Positions 1-9,776 of a stretch of 64,000 bases of DNA are shown piece after piece. Numbering within the stretch: position 1 is the first letter of the stretch; each line of letters starts with the position of its first letter. Source of the stretch: Nitrospirales bacterium (GTDB lineage Bacteria; Nitrospirota; Nitrospiria; Nitrospirales; UBA8639); the NCBI GenBank assembly GCA_963555755.3, contig OY820905.2, positions 1,600,001 to 1,664,000 of the forward strand. Direction: 5' to 3'. The notes under the pieces are model-generated. The model had not been told where the DNA came from. It saw nothing but the letters and a program-made list of their open reading frames with translations, and did not search any database. Both the position numbers and the translations under genes were made by a program.

Positions 1-451
1 CGGTATGCGGCTCGCCATCGTGGGTCACAATATCTTTGACCAGAAAGCCCTCCTGCATCTCAATCCCGAGCGCATCATTGGACGTTCGGACATCATTTTC
101 GAACAGGCCGCGATCCAGTTGGTAAGCCGGAAGGCCCGTGTATGGCTGGGCTCGCGCCGTATACTCAATCCGTTCTTGAAACGAGTCCCCGCCGCCAACA
201 CCGATAAAATGGAGACCATACTTCTCTACGTGCTTGTCAACTTGCGACTCCAGATTTAGGATCTTTCGCAGCCAGAAGGTAGGCGCCGTGCCAATGGACT
301 CTCCCACCTTGTAGGCTGCCACCGGCAGCGGTCGCTTCGTCCGTTCGATGACGAGAATCGACAAATCGGGGAGTTTCATGCGAAGTTGACGCGCAAGTGT
401 CAGCCCCGCAAACCCTCCGCCACAGATCACCACGTCGTAGTATTTTCCCAT
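1..451 (-). CDS. FAD-dependent oxidoreductase, flavin-dependent halogenase-like (5' part only, runs off the window)
   Basis: Manual translation from ATG at 451, with AGAAAGGAGAAG RBS upstream: MGKYYDVVICGGGFAGLTLARQLRMKLPDLSILVIERTKRPLPVAAYKVGESIG...AYQLDRGLFENDV. GxGxxG, KVGES and QLDRG motifs; no stop before base 1. Absent from the ORF track. Confidence 0.8.
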   Translation of the reverse strand, partial: MGKYYDVVICGGGFAGLTLARQLRMKLPDLSILVIERTKRPLPVAAYKVGESIGTAPTFWLRKILNLESQVDKHVEKYGLHFIGVGGGDSFQERIEYTARAQPYTGLPAYQLDRGLFENDVRTSNDALGIEMQEGFLVKDIVTHDGEPHT

Positions 452-524
452 TCTTCTTCTCCTTTCTAGGACCCTGCCCGAGATGAGACTGATCTCGGAC
501 AGGCTCCTCGCCCATAGCCAGAAC

Positions 525-1409
525 TCATCTCTTAAGTCTTTGAAAGGCCTCACTCTCTTCACCGATAAACCACGGACACACAGACGTTCCTTTATAAAAC
601 GAGAAAACGTAAAGTGTAGGGATAGTAGCGATGAGTTCATGAAGTTCAGGTTTGGCATAGCAGAAATAAATATCGTCCGGATAGAGCTGATGATACCTTT
701 TGAGGCCAAACGTTCGAAAAGTCACGTACCGTTCAGCAACCTCTTCTTGAGTCAAGAAACCTCTTTTGACTAAAAGAGAGTGTTTTCCGGCTTGCTCGAT
801 TAATGTTCTAAAACGAGGGTCTTTAAGCGATGCATCGATCTTCGGGATCGATTGTTCAAACATGTTTTCCAGATCAAGCCGCTTCGCGAGTTCCATGACC
901 GAAAAACCCTCATTCCCGTTTAATGCAAAGGCATCCGACCAAAAGTGAGTGTTTAAGGATACAAGCTCAAAATTCTTACCTAGTGACTGAGTCATAACTT
1001 TAAGACTGTGCCAATAGCGATCTATTTGCTCCCTATTGTATCCTTGCAGAAATGAAGCATTGGTATCGGCGAAAAGAATTCTGATAATGAGGCGCGCTCC
1101 CAGGTTCTCAATGGGGGTCATGAATTGATCGCGTAAAAAAAGTAGCGTCGCGCGATCAACCTCATCGGCGACTCCCTGACTCGTCGTTTTGACTCCAAGC
1201 CAGGTTGTTGACAAATTGATAGGCTGATTCGTCTGAATTTTTTCTAATAGGGACTTTTTGACCCCAATGCTATCCAACGGCAAGTGTCGTCTTACCCTTC
1301 GGCTGGTTAAAATTCCATACACAGAATCAACCAAGACATTAGGCTCTACGTCACCAAAACACGTATCTTTTCGTTCAACGCGACGGGGCGTGACCGATAG
1401 TGAGTTCAT
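525..1409 (-). CDS. Uncharacterised protein resembling the PvcA/Dit1 isocyanide (isonitrile) synthase family
   Basis: 294-aa ORF with GGAG RBS. Motif order QPINL..W.G.K / DEVD.ATL.FL / IILFADTN / IDRYWHSL / C-terminal KGTSVCPWF recalls PvcA-like proteins (P.K, PD..E..AL, I.SDG, Y...L, TPWH). Confidence 0.55.
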   Translation of the reverse strand: MNSLSVTPRRVERKDTCFGDVEPNVLVDSVYGILTSRRVRRHLPLDSIGVKKSLLEKIQTNQPINLSTTWLGVKTTSQGVADEVDRATLLFLRDQFMTPIENLGARLIIRILFADTNASFLQGYNREQIDRYWHSLKVMTQSLGKNFELVSLNTHFWSDAFALNGNEGFSVMELAKRLDLENMFEQSIPKIDASLKDPRFRTLIEQAGKHSLLVKRGFLTQEEVAERYVTFRTFGLKRYHQLYPDDIYFCYAKPELHELIATIPTLYVFSFYKGTSVCPWFIGEESEAFQRLKR

Positions 1410-1421
1410 ATTGGCTCCTCC

Positions 1422-3065
1422 TTATCTTTTTCTAAACATAAGCTGGGGTTCCCCGTTGCTTTGTTTGATAATGAAGTTTCCTATGTATTGTTCATTTGTC
1501 TCGGGATAATCTTTACGAAAATGTGAACCACGACTTTCTTTCCGTTTTTGCGCACTCATAGAAACAAGCTTCGCGGTGATATACATATTCCTCAGCTCAA
1601 ACAGTCGGCTTAACTCCTCCCGAGAATTTGCCGCCCATTTGGAGAATCCTCCAAGGCTGCGGTCGATATATTGCACGAGCCTCGTAAGCCCCTCCCCTGT
1701 TCGGATTAAGCCTCCATCGACCCACATACGTTGCTTCAGTGTACTCTGTAGCTGCTCTACGTGATTATCTTCCCCGATATGCCGATCGAGGTTTTGGATA
1801 TACGCTTCCACTTCTGGACAGAACGGCTCTTCATTCCCTGGAGGATTCTTCATAATAAATTCAACGACTGACTGGCCGGCAATCGTTCCAAACACGACAC
1901 AATCAGGCAACGAATTACAGGCAAGTCTATTAGCCCCATGAACCCCACCCGTGACTTCTCCACAGGCAAATAATCCAGGAATGCTCGTTTGAGCCTGTGT
2001 ATCGATAACAATTCCCCCCATGAAATAGTGAGCGCCCGGAGAAACAATCACTTTCCATTCTTTTCTTGGTATTCTTTGTTCGAGAAAATAGGCATAATAA
2101 TCAGGCATGGTTTCTTTTACGGCTTGAGCTTTCACGCCAGAGAGGTCAAGCCACACACCATTTCTTACACCTCGCCCAGCAAGAATCTCTTGAAACATTC
2201 CTCGCGCATGAATATCACGAGTGGCGAGGTCCCCTCGACTATCATGCTTGTTCATAAAAGGCTCTCCGAGAGCGTTCTTTGTCTTTGCCCCAAGACTCGG
2301 AAGACTTGCCGGGATATCCGCGTGAAGGGTCTCGCTTCTCGGCCACGCAACTTCGAGTGGATAATGTTGTACGAATTCCATATCAACCAGTTCCGCTCCC
2401 AGGTTAAAAGCCAAGGCGAATCCATCACCCGTCGCCTCAAGCGGAGTTCGGGTGACTTGGTAGATCTGCCCTGCTCCTCCGGTGGCCACGATAACCGTTC
2501 TGGCGACAAACACTTGGAAAGTCCCTTTTTCTTGGTTCAGGCAAATGACGTAGAACAGAGCGTTCTTCTTCAAAACATCAAATACGAAAAGACCTTTGTG
2601 TATTTCGATGTTTTGATTCCGGATTTTCTGAATCAGAGGGATACTGATATCCGGTCCGTTTTTATGAATTGTGTAAATCATTCGGGGATGTGTATGACCA
2701 CCACCCAGATAGGTTTTCAGACGACCATCTTTCCCTCGATCAAAGGTCACGCCATGTTTTTCAAGTTCAGGAACATATCGAATCGATTGATGCACATAAG
2801 TCGACACCAGGTCTGGATCACATAATCCCCGTCCTGAGGAGAGCGTATCCTCTATGTGAGACCTGAGGCTATCTTCGGACCCATTTTGAACAACACTAAA
2901 GCCTGCTCGAGCAATGGCAGTGGCTCCATTTTTTTCGCTTTTGCCTTTTGTGATAAGAATCGGCTCAATCCCCCGGTCTTTTATCTGTAGGGCCGCGGCC
3001 ATTCCAGCTAATCCGCTCCCCAGTATAATCGTATCGTTTGTGGGATGAACTCTAAATTGAGACAT
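1422..3065 (-). CDS. L-aspartate oxidase / succinate dehydrogenase-fumarate reductase flavoprotein family protein
   Basis: GSGLAG, LGGGHTHPR, DMEFVQHYP, GAHYFMGGI, GVHGANRLACNSL and ESRGSHFRKDYP motifs. No nadA or sdhB adjacent. Confidence 0.9.
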   Translation of the reverse strand: MSQFRVHPTNDTIILGSGLAGMAAALQIKDRGIEPILITKGKSEKNGATAIARAGFSVVQNGSEDSLRSHIEDTLSSGRGLCDPDLVSTYVHQSIRYVPELEKHGVTFDRGKDGRLKTYLGGGHTHPRMIYTIHKNGPDISIPLIQKIRNQNIEIHKGLFVFDVLKKNALFYVICLNQEKGTFQVFVARTVIVATGGAGQIYQVTRTPLEATGDGFALAFNLGAELVDMEFVQHYPLEVAWPRSETLHADIPASLPSLGAKTKNALGEPFMNKHDSRGDLATRDIHARGMFQEILAGRGVRNGVWLDLSGVKAQAVKETMPDYYAYFLEQRIPRKEWKVIVSPGAHYFMGGIVIDTQAQTSIPGLFACGEVTGGVHGANRLACNSLPDCVVFGTIAGQSVVEFIMKNPPGNEEPFCPEVEAYIQNLDRHIGEDNHVEQLQSTLKQRMWVDGGLIRTGEGLTRLVQYIDRSLGGFSKWAANSREELSRLFELRNMYITAKLVSMSAQKRKESRGSHFRKDYPETNEQYIGNFIIKQSNGEPQLMFRKR

Positions 3066-3376
3066 GTTTTTAATAGATCCTTAAGCGATTAAGTGGGTCC
3101 CGGTTGGTCTTTGAACGCGATGATTCAGGCCGCGTTAACCAGACCTAAAAACCGCTACTAGAGACACCCAGCACCCAGATATGGTTTTTCATGAAGGCGT
3201 ACCTCACAGACTTTGGCGTGCAGAGTACAAGGCAAGACGCACGTCTTTTGTGTTTGTGATCATGTCTTCTTCCTTTTCGATCATTTTGATCGGCTGCATG
3301 TGTTGTGAAAGAAGAGTCATCCATCCACCATTTTTCCATAGGATGCTGCCTGTGAGATGCACATGCGTCTCACAGA

Positions 3377-4981
3377 TCAATGAACCATTGCAGACATCCC
3401 CGTCGCGACGTCCGCTCCAACAGGAACCCCGGGAGTTCCCGTCCCGAATTCTTCTTGGAAGAACCGACAGAGCGGCTCGAGGTGGTCATGGTCTTTTTTC
3501 CATTCGCCCAAGATATTTTCAATCACATGATGAGTGCGGAGTAGCTTGTCCTGACGGAAACGCCGAACAATGGGATGGATGACGGTGCTCAATTCCGAAT
3601 GCGCCGTGTCTTCCTTATGAATCCGGTTCACACAAAAGGGATCAACCGCCGCATCGATCAGGTTCTGTCCAAACTCCAGCGCCACGATATAATACTGCTC
3701 GTACCGGCTAAAGGGGCTGTCCTGAACATAGTCGAGGGGCATCTCCTCGTAGTAGCGCACGTCCGCCCCCTCAACCACGAGCAGGTCAATGATATAGTCC
3801 GTCTGTTGCCAGAGGGCCGAACTTCGATTGATGCGCTCGAGGATGACCGCCGCCACCTTCTCGGCCGTAGGCTCAATGCGCCGGGAGGGCCAGTCCTGCC
3901 CATGGTACTTATGCTCAAAGAGCCGCGCTAACCACGAGGTGTTGTAGCGAAAACCATGAATGAAGGCCGACTGATCCTTTTTGAAATCCCGCATTTGCAT
4001 CAACGCCCCGGCAAAATACAGATGCGGCACATTGGTCGACTCCCACTGACTCGTTTGTGCCGGGAAGCGATTCCCGATGGCCAGCGCCGGTTGGCAGGAC
4101 GGATCAAAGATAGAGTCATCGAATTGAAAGCCGGTACAGGTGATGATGCGATCATAGTCCAGGACTTCCTCCTCCCGATGCCCATGGGACGAGATGAACG
4201 TCACTCGAAACCCGTCCCCGGTTCGCTCAATCCGTTTCACCGTCGCATCAATAAAGACATTTTGGGATTTCAAGAGGTAGCTGTCCGCCAAGGTTATATT
4301 CACCGAGCGCAGGTGCCCAATGTGGTGGGTTTTCCAGGCCAGGGTAATGGGGTTGGGGCTCACCAGGTGCATCAATGCCGTGGTCCCAATTAAATGCTCC
4401 GCACTCTCAAAGGCGGAATTGCCTTTGCCGATAAACAGGACCCGCTGGCCGGCAAAGTCTTGGGGATCGATCGAGACGTCCGCATAATTTTCGGTTTGCT
4501 CAATCCCCGGTATCGCAGGCATATAGGGCCGTGACAGCCCGGACGCGACAATCAGCCGATGTCCGGCATACCGGCGGCCTTTTTGATCAACCACCTCAAA
4601 GACCCCGTTTTGTCGTGCGACGCTGATGACCTGGGTTTGATACTGAATGGCGAGATCGAAGTGCCGAGCAAAGCGACCAAGATAGCGCACTAAATCATCG
4701 CCGGTAGGCCAATACGCCTTGGTCTCATCTTTGAGGAGCACGCCTTCCTCATTTAAGAGGGAATTCCAATCCCATCGCAGATTGACACCCGGATCCTCCT
4801 GCCCTGTATGGACTTTGTTGATCGAGAGCAGTGCCCGATGTCGGGGAAACCGCTCAAAAAAACTCCCCGGTTTCTCGGCGCCTTCTAGAATGAGGTACTC
4901 GCGCCGGTTCTTTTGGAGACAGTACCCCAGCTGGAGGCCTCCCGGACCGGCACCAATGATCAGATAGTCATGGATCCGCAT
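3377..4981 (-). CDS. NAD(P)/FAD-dependent oxidoreductase, FOXRED2-like
   Basis: DYLIIGAGPGGLQLG, FPRHRALLSINK, LRWDWNSLL, GKGNSAFE, SAFIHGFRY. Start moved to ATG 4981, which is well spaced from the AGGAG RBS. Confidence 0.85.
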   Translation of the reverse strand: MRIHDYLIIGAGPGGLQLGYCLQKNRREYLILEGAEKPGSFFERFPRHRALLSINKVHTGQEDPGVNLRWDWNSLLNEEGVLLKDETKAYWPTGDDLVRYLGRFARHFDLAIQYQTQVISVARQNGVFEVVDQKGRRYAGHRLIVASGLSRPYMPAIPGIEQTENYADVSIDPQDFAGQRVLFIGKGNSAFESAEHLIGTTALMHLVSPNPITLAWKTHHIGHLRSVNITLADSYLLKSQNVFIDATVKRIERTGDGFRVTFISSHGHREEEVLDYDRIITCTGFQFDDSIFDPSCQPALAIGNRFPAQTSQWESTNVPHLYFAGALMQMRDFKKDQSAFIHGFRYNTSWLARLFEHKYHGQDWPSRRIEPTAEKVAAVILERINRSSALWQQTDYIIDLLVVEGADVRYYEEMPLDYVQDSPFSRYEQYYIVALEFGQNLIDAAVDPFCVNRIHKEDTAHSELSTVIHPIVRRFRQDKLLRTHHVIENILGEWKKDHDHLEPLCRFFQEEFGTGTPGVPVGADVATGMSAMVH

Positions 4982-5344
4982 TTTCATTCTCCTTCTTTGT
5001 AATGAGCCTGTTGAAGGCTGAGGGGTTCGGGAATCTTTCACAATCATGCTCTTCACTTGGAGACGGAGAGTTGCCTTAGTTCGTCCACCTTTTTGATTTT
5101 TTCTCCACAAGTGGATCGTACCGGGAGACCGTTTCCCCTTAGAAAACCTTGCGTGGTCTGTTCGCAGGTAAATAGTCTGGGAGAATAGCCCGCCTGGCTA
5201 CGACCCCACCCAGGTTGTCTTCTGCGTCGACCACGGGCGCGCCGAAAATTGAAATGAAGTATATTGAAATTGGTTTTCTATTTAAATCAGCGGAATCCTG
5301 AAAATATGGTCAGACTTTGCCTCGGGCCCGTGTCCGATTATGTC

Positions 5345-6467
5345 CTAGTGTTTAATTGCTAAGTTAAACTATATTATGTAATTTTGGCCTAATGCCGAGA
5401 ACTGCCCCCCCCCATAGAGATCCCCCCAGAGGACAAGAGAACGTTACGAAACCGGACAAAGAGCCGAACATTGCCCAAGCAAACGGTGGCCCGAGCGAAA
5501 ATGATTTTGGAGAGCGAAGCGGGAAAACCGGTCAAACAGATCGCGCAGGAACTCACCACGTACCCCAACAAAGTCATTGATTGGCGATAACGCTATGTCG
5601 AGAATGGGCTAGCCGGCCTTCAGGATCAGCCCCGCTCGGGTCGACCACCCAAGTATGGTAAAACGTTTCGCAATGATCTGCTCAAGGTGTTAAGCCCACC
5701 GCCGCCCCAAGGGTTGGCCCTGTGGGACGGGCCTGCCGTGGCCGAGGAGTTGGAGGCACCCGTTGACGCGGTCTGGAAAGTGTTACGCAAAGAAGGCATC
5801 AATCTGCAACGGCACCGGTCATGGTGTATCAGCACCGATACAAACTTTGCCAGCAAGGCCGCGGATATTGTGGGGCTCTATTTAGCCCCGCCGGTCAACG
5901 CCATCGTGCTCTGTGTGGATGAAAAACCCAGCATTCAGGCCCTGGAACGAAAAACCGGCTATATCAAAACAGAGAGTGGAAAAGTCATCCGCGCCTACCA
6001 AAGCACCTATACACGACATGGCACGCTCAATCTCTTTGCTGCGCTGGAAGTCTCAACAGGAAAAATTCAGGGCAAAGTGACGCCAGAGAAAAAGCGAACG
6101 GATTTTCAAGCCTTTCTGGATGAAATTGTGGAGGAATACTCTCCAGCCCAAGAGATTCACGTCGTGTTAGATAATGACGGCACCCACAAGAAGAACGACG
6201 AGTGGCTCGCACGCCATAACAATGTCCACTTTCATTTTCCCCCGACATCCGCAAGCTGGCTCAATCAGGTCGAAATCTGGTTTGGGATCTTTTCCCGGAA
6301 AGCTCTCCGGGGCGCTTCCTTTGCCAGTCCTCACCAACTGAGACAGCGTATCGAAGATTGTATCGAACACGACAACCCAACAGCCAAACCATTTAAATGG
6401 CGGAAAAGGGAAGTCAAGGGATCGCAGCTTAAAGATAATATAGCTAACTTAACAAATTAAACACTAG
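5345..6467 (+). mobile_element. IS630-family insertion sequence, full length, with inactivated transposase
   Basis: Terminal IRs CTAGTGTTTAATTGCTAAGTTA and TAACTTAACAAATTAAACACTAG. DDE motifs CVDEK, VLDN and WLNQVE. Confidence 0.92.
5392..6460 (+). pseudogene. IS630 transposase pseudogene
   Basis: +1 frameshift in a 9-C run at about 5405-5413, and in-frame TAA at 5588-5590 where the second copy at 35 kb has CAA. Confidence 0.85.
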
Positions 6468-6574
6468 CCCTTGTCATAGCACCTCCTCCACCCCTTTGAA
6501 AGCCGGCTAGTATCCCACTGGTTACGGGGGGTGTTCCGGCTGCACGTTAGTGTCGCTTGATTTGAGACTCCTAG

Positions 6575-6838
6575 CCTGGATTTCTCACCGGCTGAATTGA
6601 ATAAGGCCGCATTTCATGGCATAACCATTGGGAGCTCAATAGGTTAGAGCCAGAGGAGAGAGTAGCCTTATGAATACAGCGTGTACAGCAGGACAATTGG
6701 AATTTCACGGCCTTGGGCGTCGTGCGGTGGTGGGGCAATTCGATGGGGGAAAGATCAGTTCAGATAGTGGCGGACTGTTATTGCGTGAGGTTGAACAGCG
6801 GGCGCATATTCTCAAACGCCTCGCCGAGTGTTTCGTGA
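6575..6838 (+). mobile_element. IS1380-family element, left end and N-terminal transposase fragment
   Basis: MNTACTAGQLEFHGLGRRAVVGQFDGGKISSDSGGLLLREVEQR is a typical IS1380 N-terminus. It breaks off at the GGGGTCA repeat. The left boundary is approximate. Confidence 0.8.
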
Positions 6839-6839
6839 G

Positions 6840-7036
6840 AAGGGGTCAGAAGGGGTCAAGAAGGGGTCAAATCTTTGGTTGAGAGTTTCGTTTTTAACTC
6901 TTCGGCTTTCTTTTAGCCACTAACCTTTTTATGTGCAAGTGATCTTCTATTCCGAGAAGGGGGCGTGAGCTGAAGTATTAGTCAACAAAAGATTTGACCC
7001 CTTTTTCAAAAGATTTGACCCCTTTTTGACCCCTTT
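6840..7036. repeat. Short element with about 24-bp inverted repeats and stuttered AAGGGGTCA / TGACCCCTT ends (REP/MITE-like)
   Basis: AAGGGGTCAAATCTTTGGTTGA pairs with TCAACAAAAGATTTGACCCCTT. The core is repeated 3 times at each end. Confidence 0.8.
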
Positions 7037-7058
7037 TTCGCGTACCCGCTGTTCTCTT

Positions 7059-8155
7059 GAATTCAAGTAGCAAGTGCAATTCTTTCTCAAATAAGTGGGA
7101 CGAAGAGATTGTTGAAGAGTTGGTTGGGGGTTCGATACCCTCGTGTTTTTCTTGGACGATTATTGAGGAGGTCGACGGCCTCAGTCACCTGTTGCCAGGA
7201 GATCGTCCGAAAATCCGTGTGTTTCGGGAAGAACTGTCGAAGGAGTCCGTTGGTGTTTTCATTGATGCCTCGCTCCCAGGAGGAATAGGGATGGGCAAAA
7301 TAGGTCGTGGCCTCAAGGGCGCGGGCAATTCGTTCATGTTTCACAAACTCTGAGCCATTATCAAAGGTGAGGGTCTTCACACGCTCTTTGAAGGGGCGAA
7401 GGAGTCGGATGATGGCTTGGCTCAATACGTGGGCGGACCGACTCAAGACTCGAGAGCAGACCGTATACAAGGAGGCTCGGTCCACCACCGTCACCAGCAC
7501 GCTTTTTCGATCTTTCCCAATTACCGTATCACACTCCCAATCCCCGAGGCGTTCTTTCTTGTCCACTTCGTGGGGACGCTCCGTGATCGAAATGCGATTG
7601 GGAATACAGGAGGCGCGGGCTCCCGAGCCATATCGCTTGCGGCGATGGCGACGCCCTTGACGAAGAAATGGTTGTCATGCCGCTTTTCGGGTGGCATCAC
7701 TGTAGATGACCCGATAAATCGTTTCATGACTGAGGCTGAGAGCATGGTGTTGTTTCAGGTACCCGCTGACTTGCTCCGGGCTTACGTATTGCCGCACGAG
7801 CTGCGTGATCAAGTGCGCGTGTTCATCCGTGAGCGTGCGAGACTTCTGTCGATTCGCGTCGTATTTTCGATGTTTCACGATCTGCCTGGCCCAGTGATAG
7901 GTATACACATGACACTGCGGATAGGTATTCCGTTTGAGTTCTCGACTGACTGTTGAGGGGTGACGGCCAAGGGCCTCAGCAATCTGCTGTTGTGTTTTCC
8001 CTTCCCGTCGCGCTTGCCAGATGTAAAACCGTTCTTCGGTGCCTAGGTGTTGGTAGTGTTTCATAGATGCAATTCCTCCGGTGACATGGATTGGTTCAGC
8101 CCCTCATCCTACCCAATTCGGGTGGCGAGAGAAATTGCACTTATTGTATGAATCC
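7059..8155 (-). mobile_element. IS30-family insertion sequence
   Basis: Imperfect IRs GAATTCAAGTAGCAAGTGCAATT and AATTGCACTTATTGTATGAATCC. HTH IAEALGRHPSTVSRELKRN; GDWECDTV, TFDNGSEF and SWERGINENTNGLLRQFFPK. Confidence 0.92.
7087..8064 (-). pseudogene. IS30 transposase with a single in-frame TGA (7675-7677)
   Basis: The two ORFs share one frame, and read-through gives ...ATRKAA*QPFLRQGRRHRRKRYG...ISITERPHEVDKKERLGDWE. Confidence 0.88.
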
Positions 8156-8348
8156 GCGTCTTGAATGCGATGGTTTCGACATCTTGAAACCCTTCATTTT
8201 GACCAAACAAAATGGTACCGACAGAGGCCGCAGGGTGTCAATTCGCATTCCGGGCATCCATCTTGTCCCCTGACAGAAACGCCATCTTCCCCCTCCGTCA
8301 CCCCGTCAGTGGTTATCGGGGGTCCATCCGGAAAGGCCTGAAAGAGAA

Positions 8349-8527
8349 CCTGGATTCCCGATTAAAAATGTCGGGAATGACGAGGAAGGGACAAGCACCC
8401 TCCGTCCTTCATCCCCACACTTACGCACAAAGGTGCATCAACACGCAGGCGCAATTTGTTAGCGGGGATCCATCTTGGCCCCAGGCAGAAACGGTAACCT
8501 GGATTCCCGATAAAGGATGTCGGGAAT
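8349..8527. repeat. Two REP-like hairpins CCTGGATTCCCGAT-N6-ATGTCGGGAAT (8349-8381 and 8498-8527)
   Basis: Directly repeated palindromic units. The second abuts the IS91 fragment. Confidence 0.75.
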
Positions 8528-9132
8528 CAACGTCTGGCGGCACTTGTTCCGCGTCCCCGCCTCCATCTCATTCGTTTCCATGGCGTGCTGGCACCCAACG
8601 CGGCGTTGCGGTCCCAGATCGTCCCCGGCGCGGCCGACCCGGCACCGAACCTCGTCAATGGAGACGGCGATCGCTCCTCGGCCTCCACGCGGGCCCGCAT
8701 GAGCTGGGGCCAATTACTCAAACGCGTCTTCGCCATCGACATTACCACCTGTCCACAATGCGGCGGGCCATTGACCATCCTCGCGGGGATCGAAGATCCC
8801 ACCGTGATCATCAAGATTCTGGGCCACCTGGGCCTACCCCGCCGCGCCCCACCACGAGCCCCAGCCCGCCTCGACGCATTCATGCAAACAGCCTAATCCC
8901 TCCCCGGATTCCGGTTCGGTACCCGAACCGACACTCCCCCTTTGCCCGTTTCCACCCTACACGCCACGAGCAAGCCACAGATTTGGCATAATCCCTGGCA
9001 AAAGGGCCAGGAAGCCCCGACTCACCGGATGCACTCCCGCCTTTCAGACGGCGAAGTGTGCGGATGGACCCCTCACCGCGTTCTTTGGTACGTGGCGATC
9101 TAGTCAAAAAGGCCTTTTGAATTTCCTATTCC
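8528..9132 (+). mobile_element. IS91/ISCR-family remnant: transposase C-terminus (8528-8896) plus oriIS-like end
   Basis: Frame reads QRLAALVPRPRLHLIRFHGVLAPNAALR...WGQLLKRVFAIDITTCPQCGG...KILGHLGLP. Downstream TTTGAATTTCCTATTCC resembles the ISCR oriIS terminus. Confidence 0.85.
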
Positions 9133-9245
9133 CTACATACAAAACCCAGGGTGTTGTGCCCACTTCCCTCCGGTGGTGAACTGAACATTTATAAGTTTTT
9201 TACCCTAGGTTAAAAAACGTGAGTACTTTTTTTTAATAAAAACTC

Positions 9246-9276
9246 TTGACAAAAATAAAAAAAACCGCAATATATT
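9246..9276 (+). promoter_or_regulatory. Candidate sigma70 promoter in an AT-rich spacer
   Basis: Perfect TTGACA at 9246. -10 candidates are CAATAT (16-bp spacer) or TATATT (19-bp spacer). Confidence 0.45.
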
Positions 9277-9442
9277 GTGGAACCCGCTTAGCTCACATAC
9301 AGGATACATGTTTTAATAAATAGTGAAAATCAGGCAAAATGTACCATTTTCATCATGAAATTTTTCTTTAAAATAATCGTAGCAGGAGTCGAAACGCCAG
9401 GTTGATTCACGGAAAGAATCACAGCGCGAAAGGAGGCACCCT

Positions 9443-9694
9443 ATGGCTAGTCATGTAACAATAGAACGAGAAGGGGTGGTTTTCAGAAAACGCACATCAA
9501 AAAGTAACGAACAGTGGTTTGTGCGAGTCTCCTGCAATTTGTTCCAGCCACGCGTGTACGGCCCGTTTATCGCGGTGCAGGATGCCGAGCACTTTCGGGA
9601 AGGGGCAGCGTTTGAATTACGAAAGTTGTTGGATTGCCAACTTTCCACCCTTTCCGGTGACGATCATCTCTCCCCCCCACGCATCGAGTTATAA
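9443..9694 (+). CDS. Small hypothetical protein (83 aa)
   Basis: Strong AAGGAGG RBS, ATG start and an upstream promoter candidate. Confidence 0.7.
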   Translation: MASHVTIEREGVVFRKRTSKSNEQWFVRVSCNLFQPRVYGPFIAVQDAEHFREGAAFELRKLLDCQLSTLSGDDHLSPPRIEL

Positions 9695-9776
9695 TGGTCG
9701 GGTTCGATATTCAGTACCAGGAGCCAATCCATACCGTTGGGTTGAGCGGGACGGCTATTCCCCACCCAAATTCTTT

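Noticed and set aside
1989..2825. 278-aa plus-strand ORF and similar long antisense ORFs (7417-7956, 11414-11917, 57609-58136)
   Set aside because: They are shadows of well-supported genes on the opposite strand.
1422..3065. Assigning nadB or sdhA
   Set aside because: The family is clear, but no nadA/nadC or sdhB/C is adjacent, so the specific function is not supported.
6468..6550. Minus-strand gene start (GGAGG RBS, ATG at 6477, MTRART) interrupted by IS630
   Set aside because: After removing the IS the frame stops at codon 7; too short to identify.
7675..7677. Selenocysteine or programmed read-through at the in-frame TGA of IS30
   Set aside because: Not a catalytic Cys position and no SECIS recognised; a nonsense mutation is simpler.
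8212..8991. 259-aa ORF
   Set aside because: It runs through REP hairpins and an alternative frame of the IS91 remnant, with no protein motifs.
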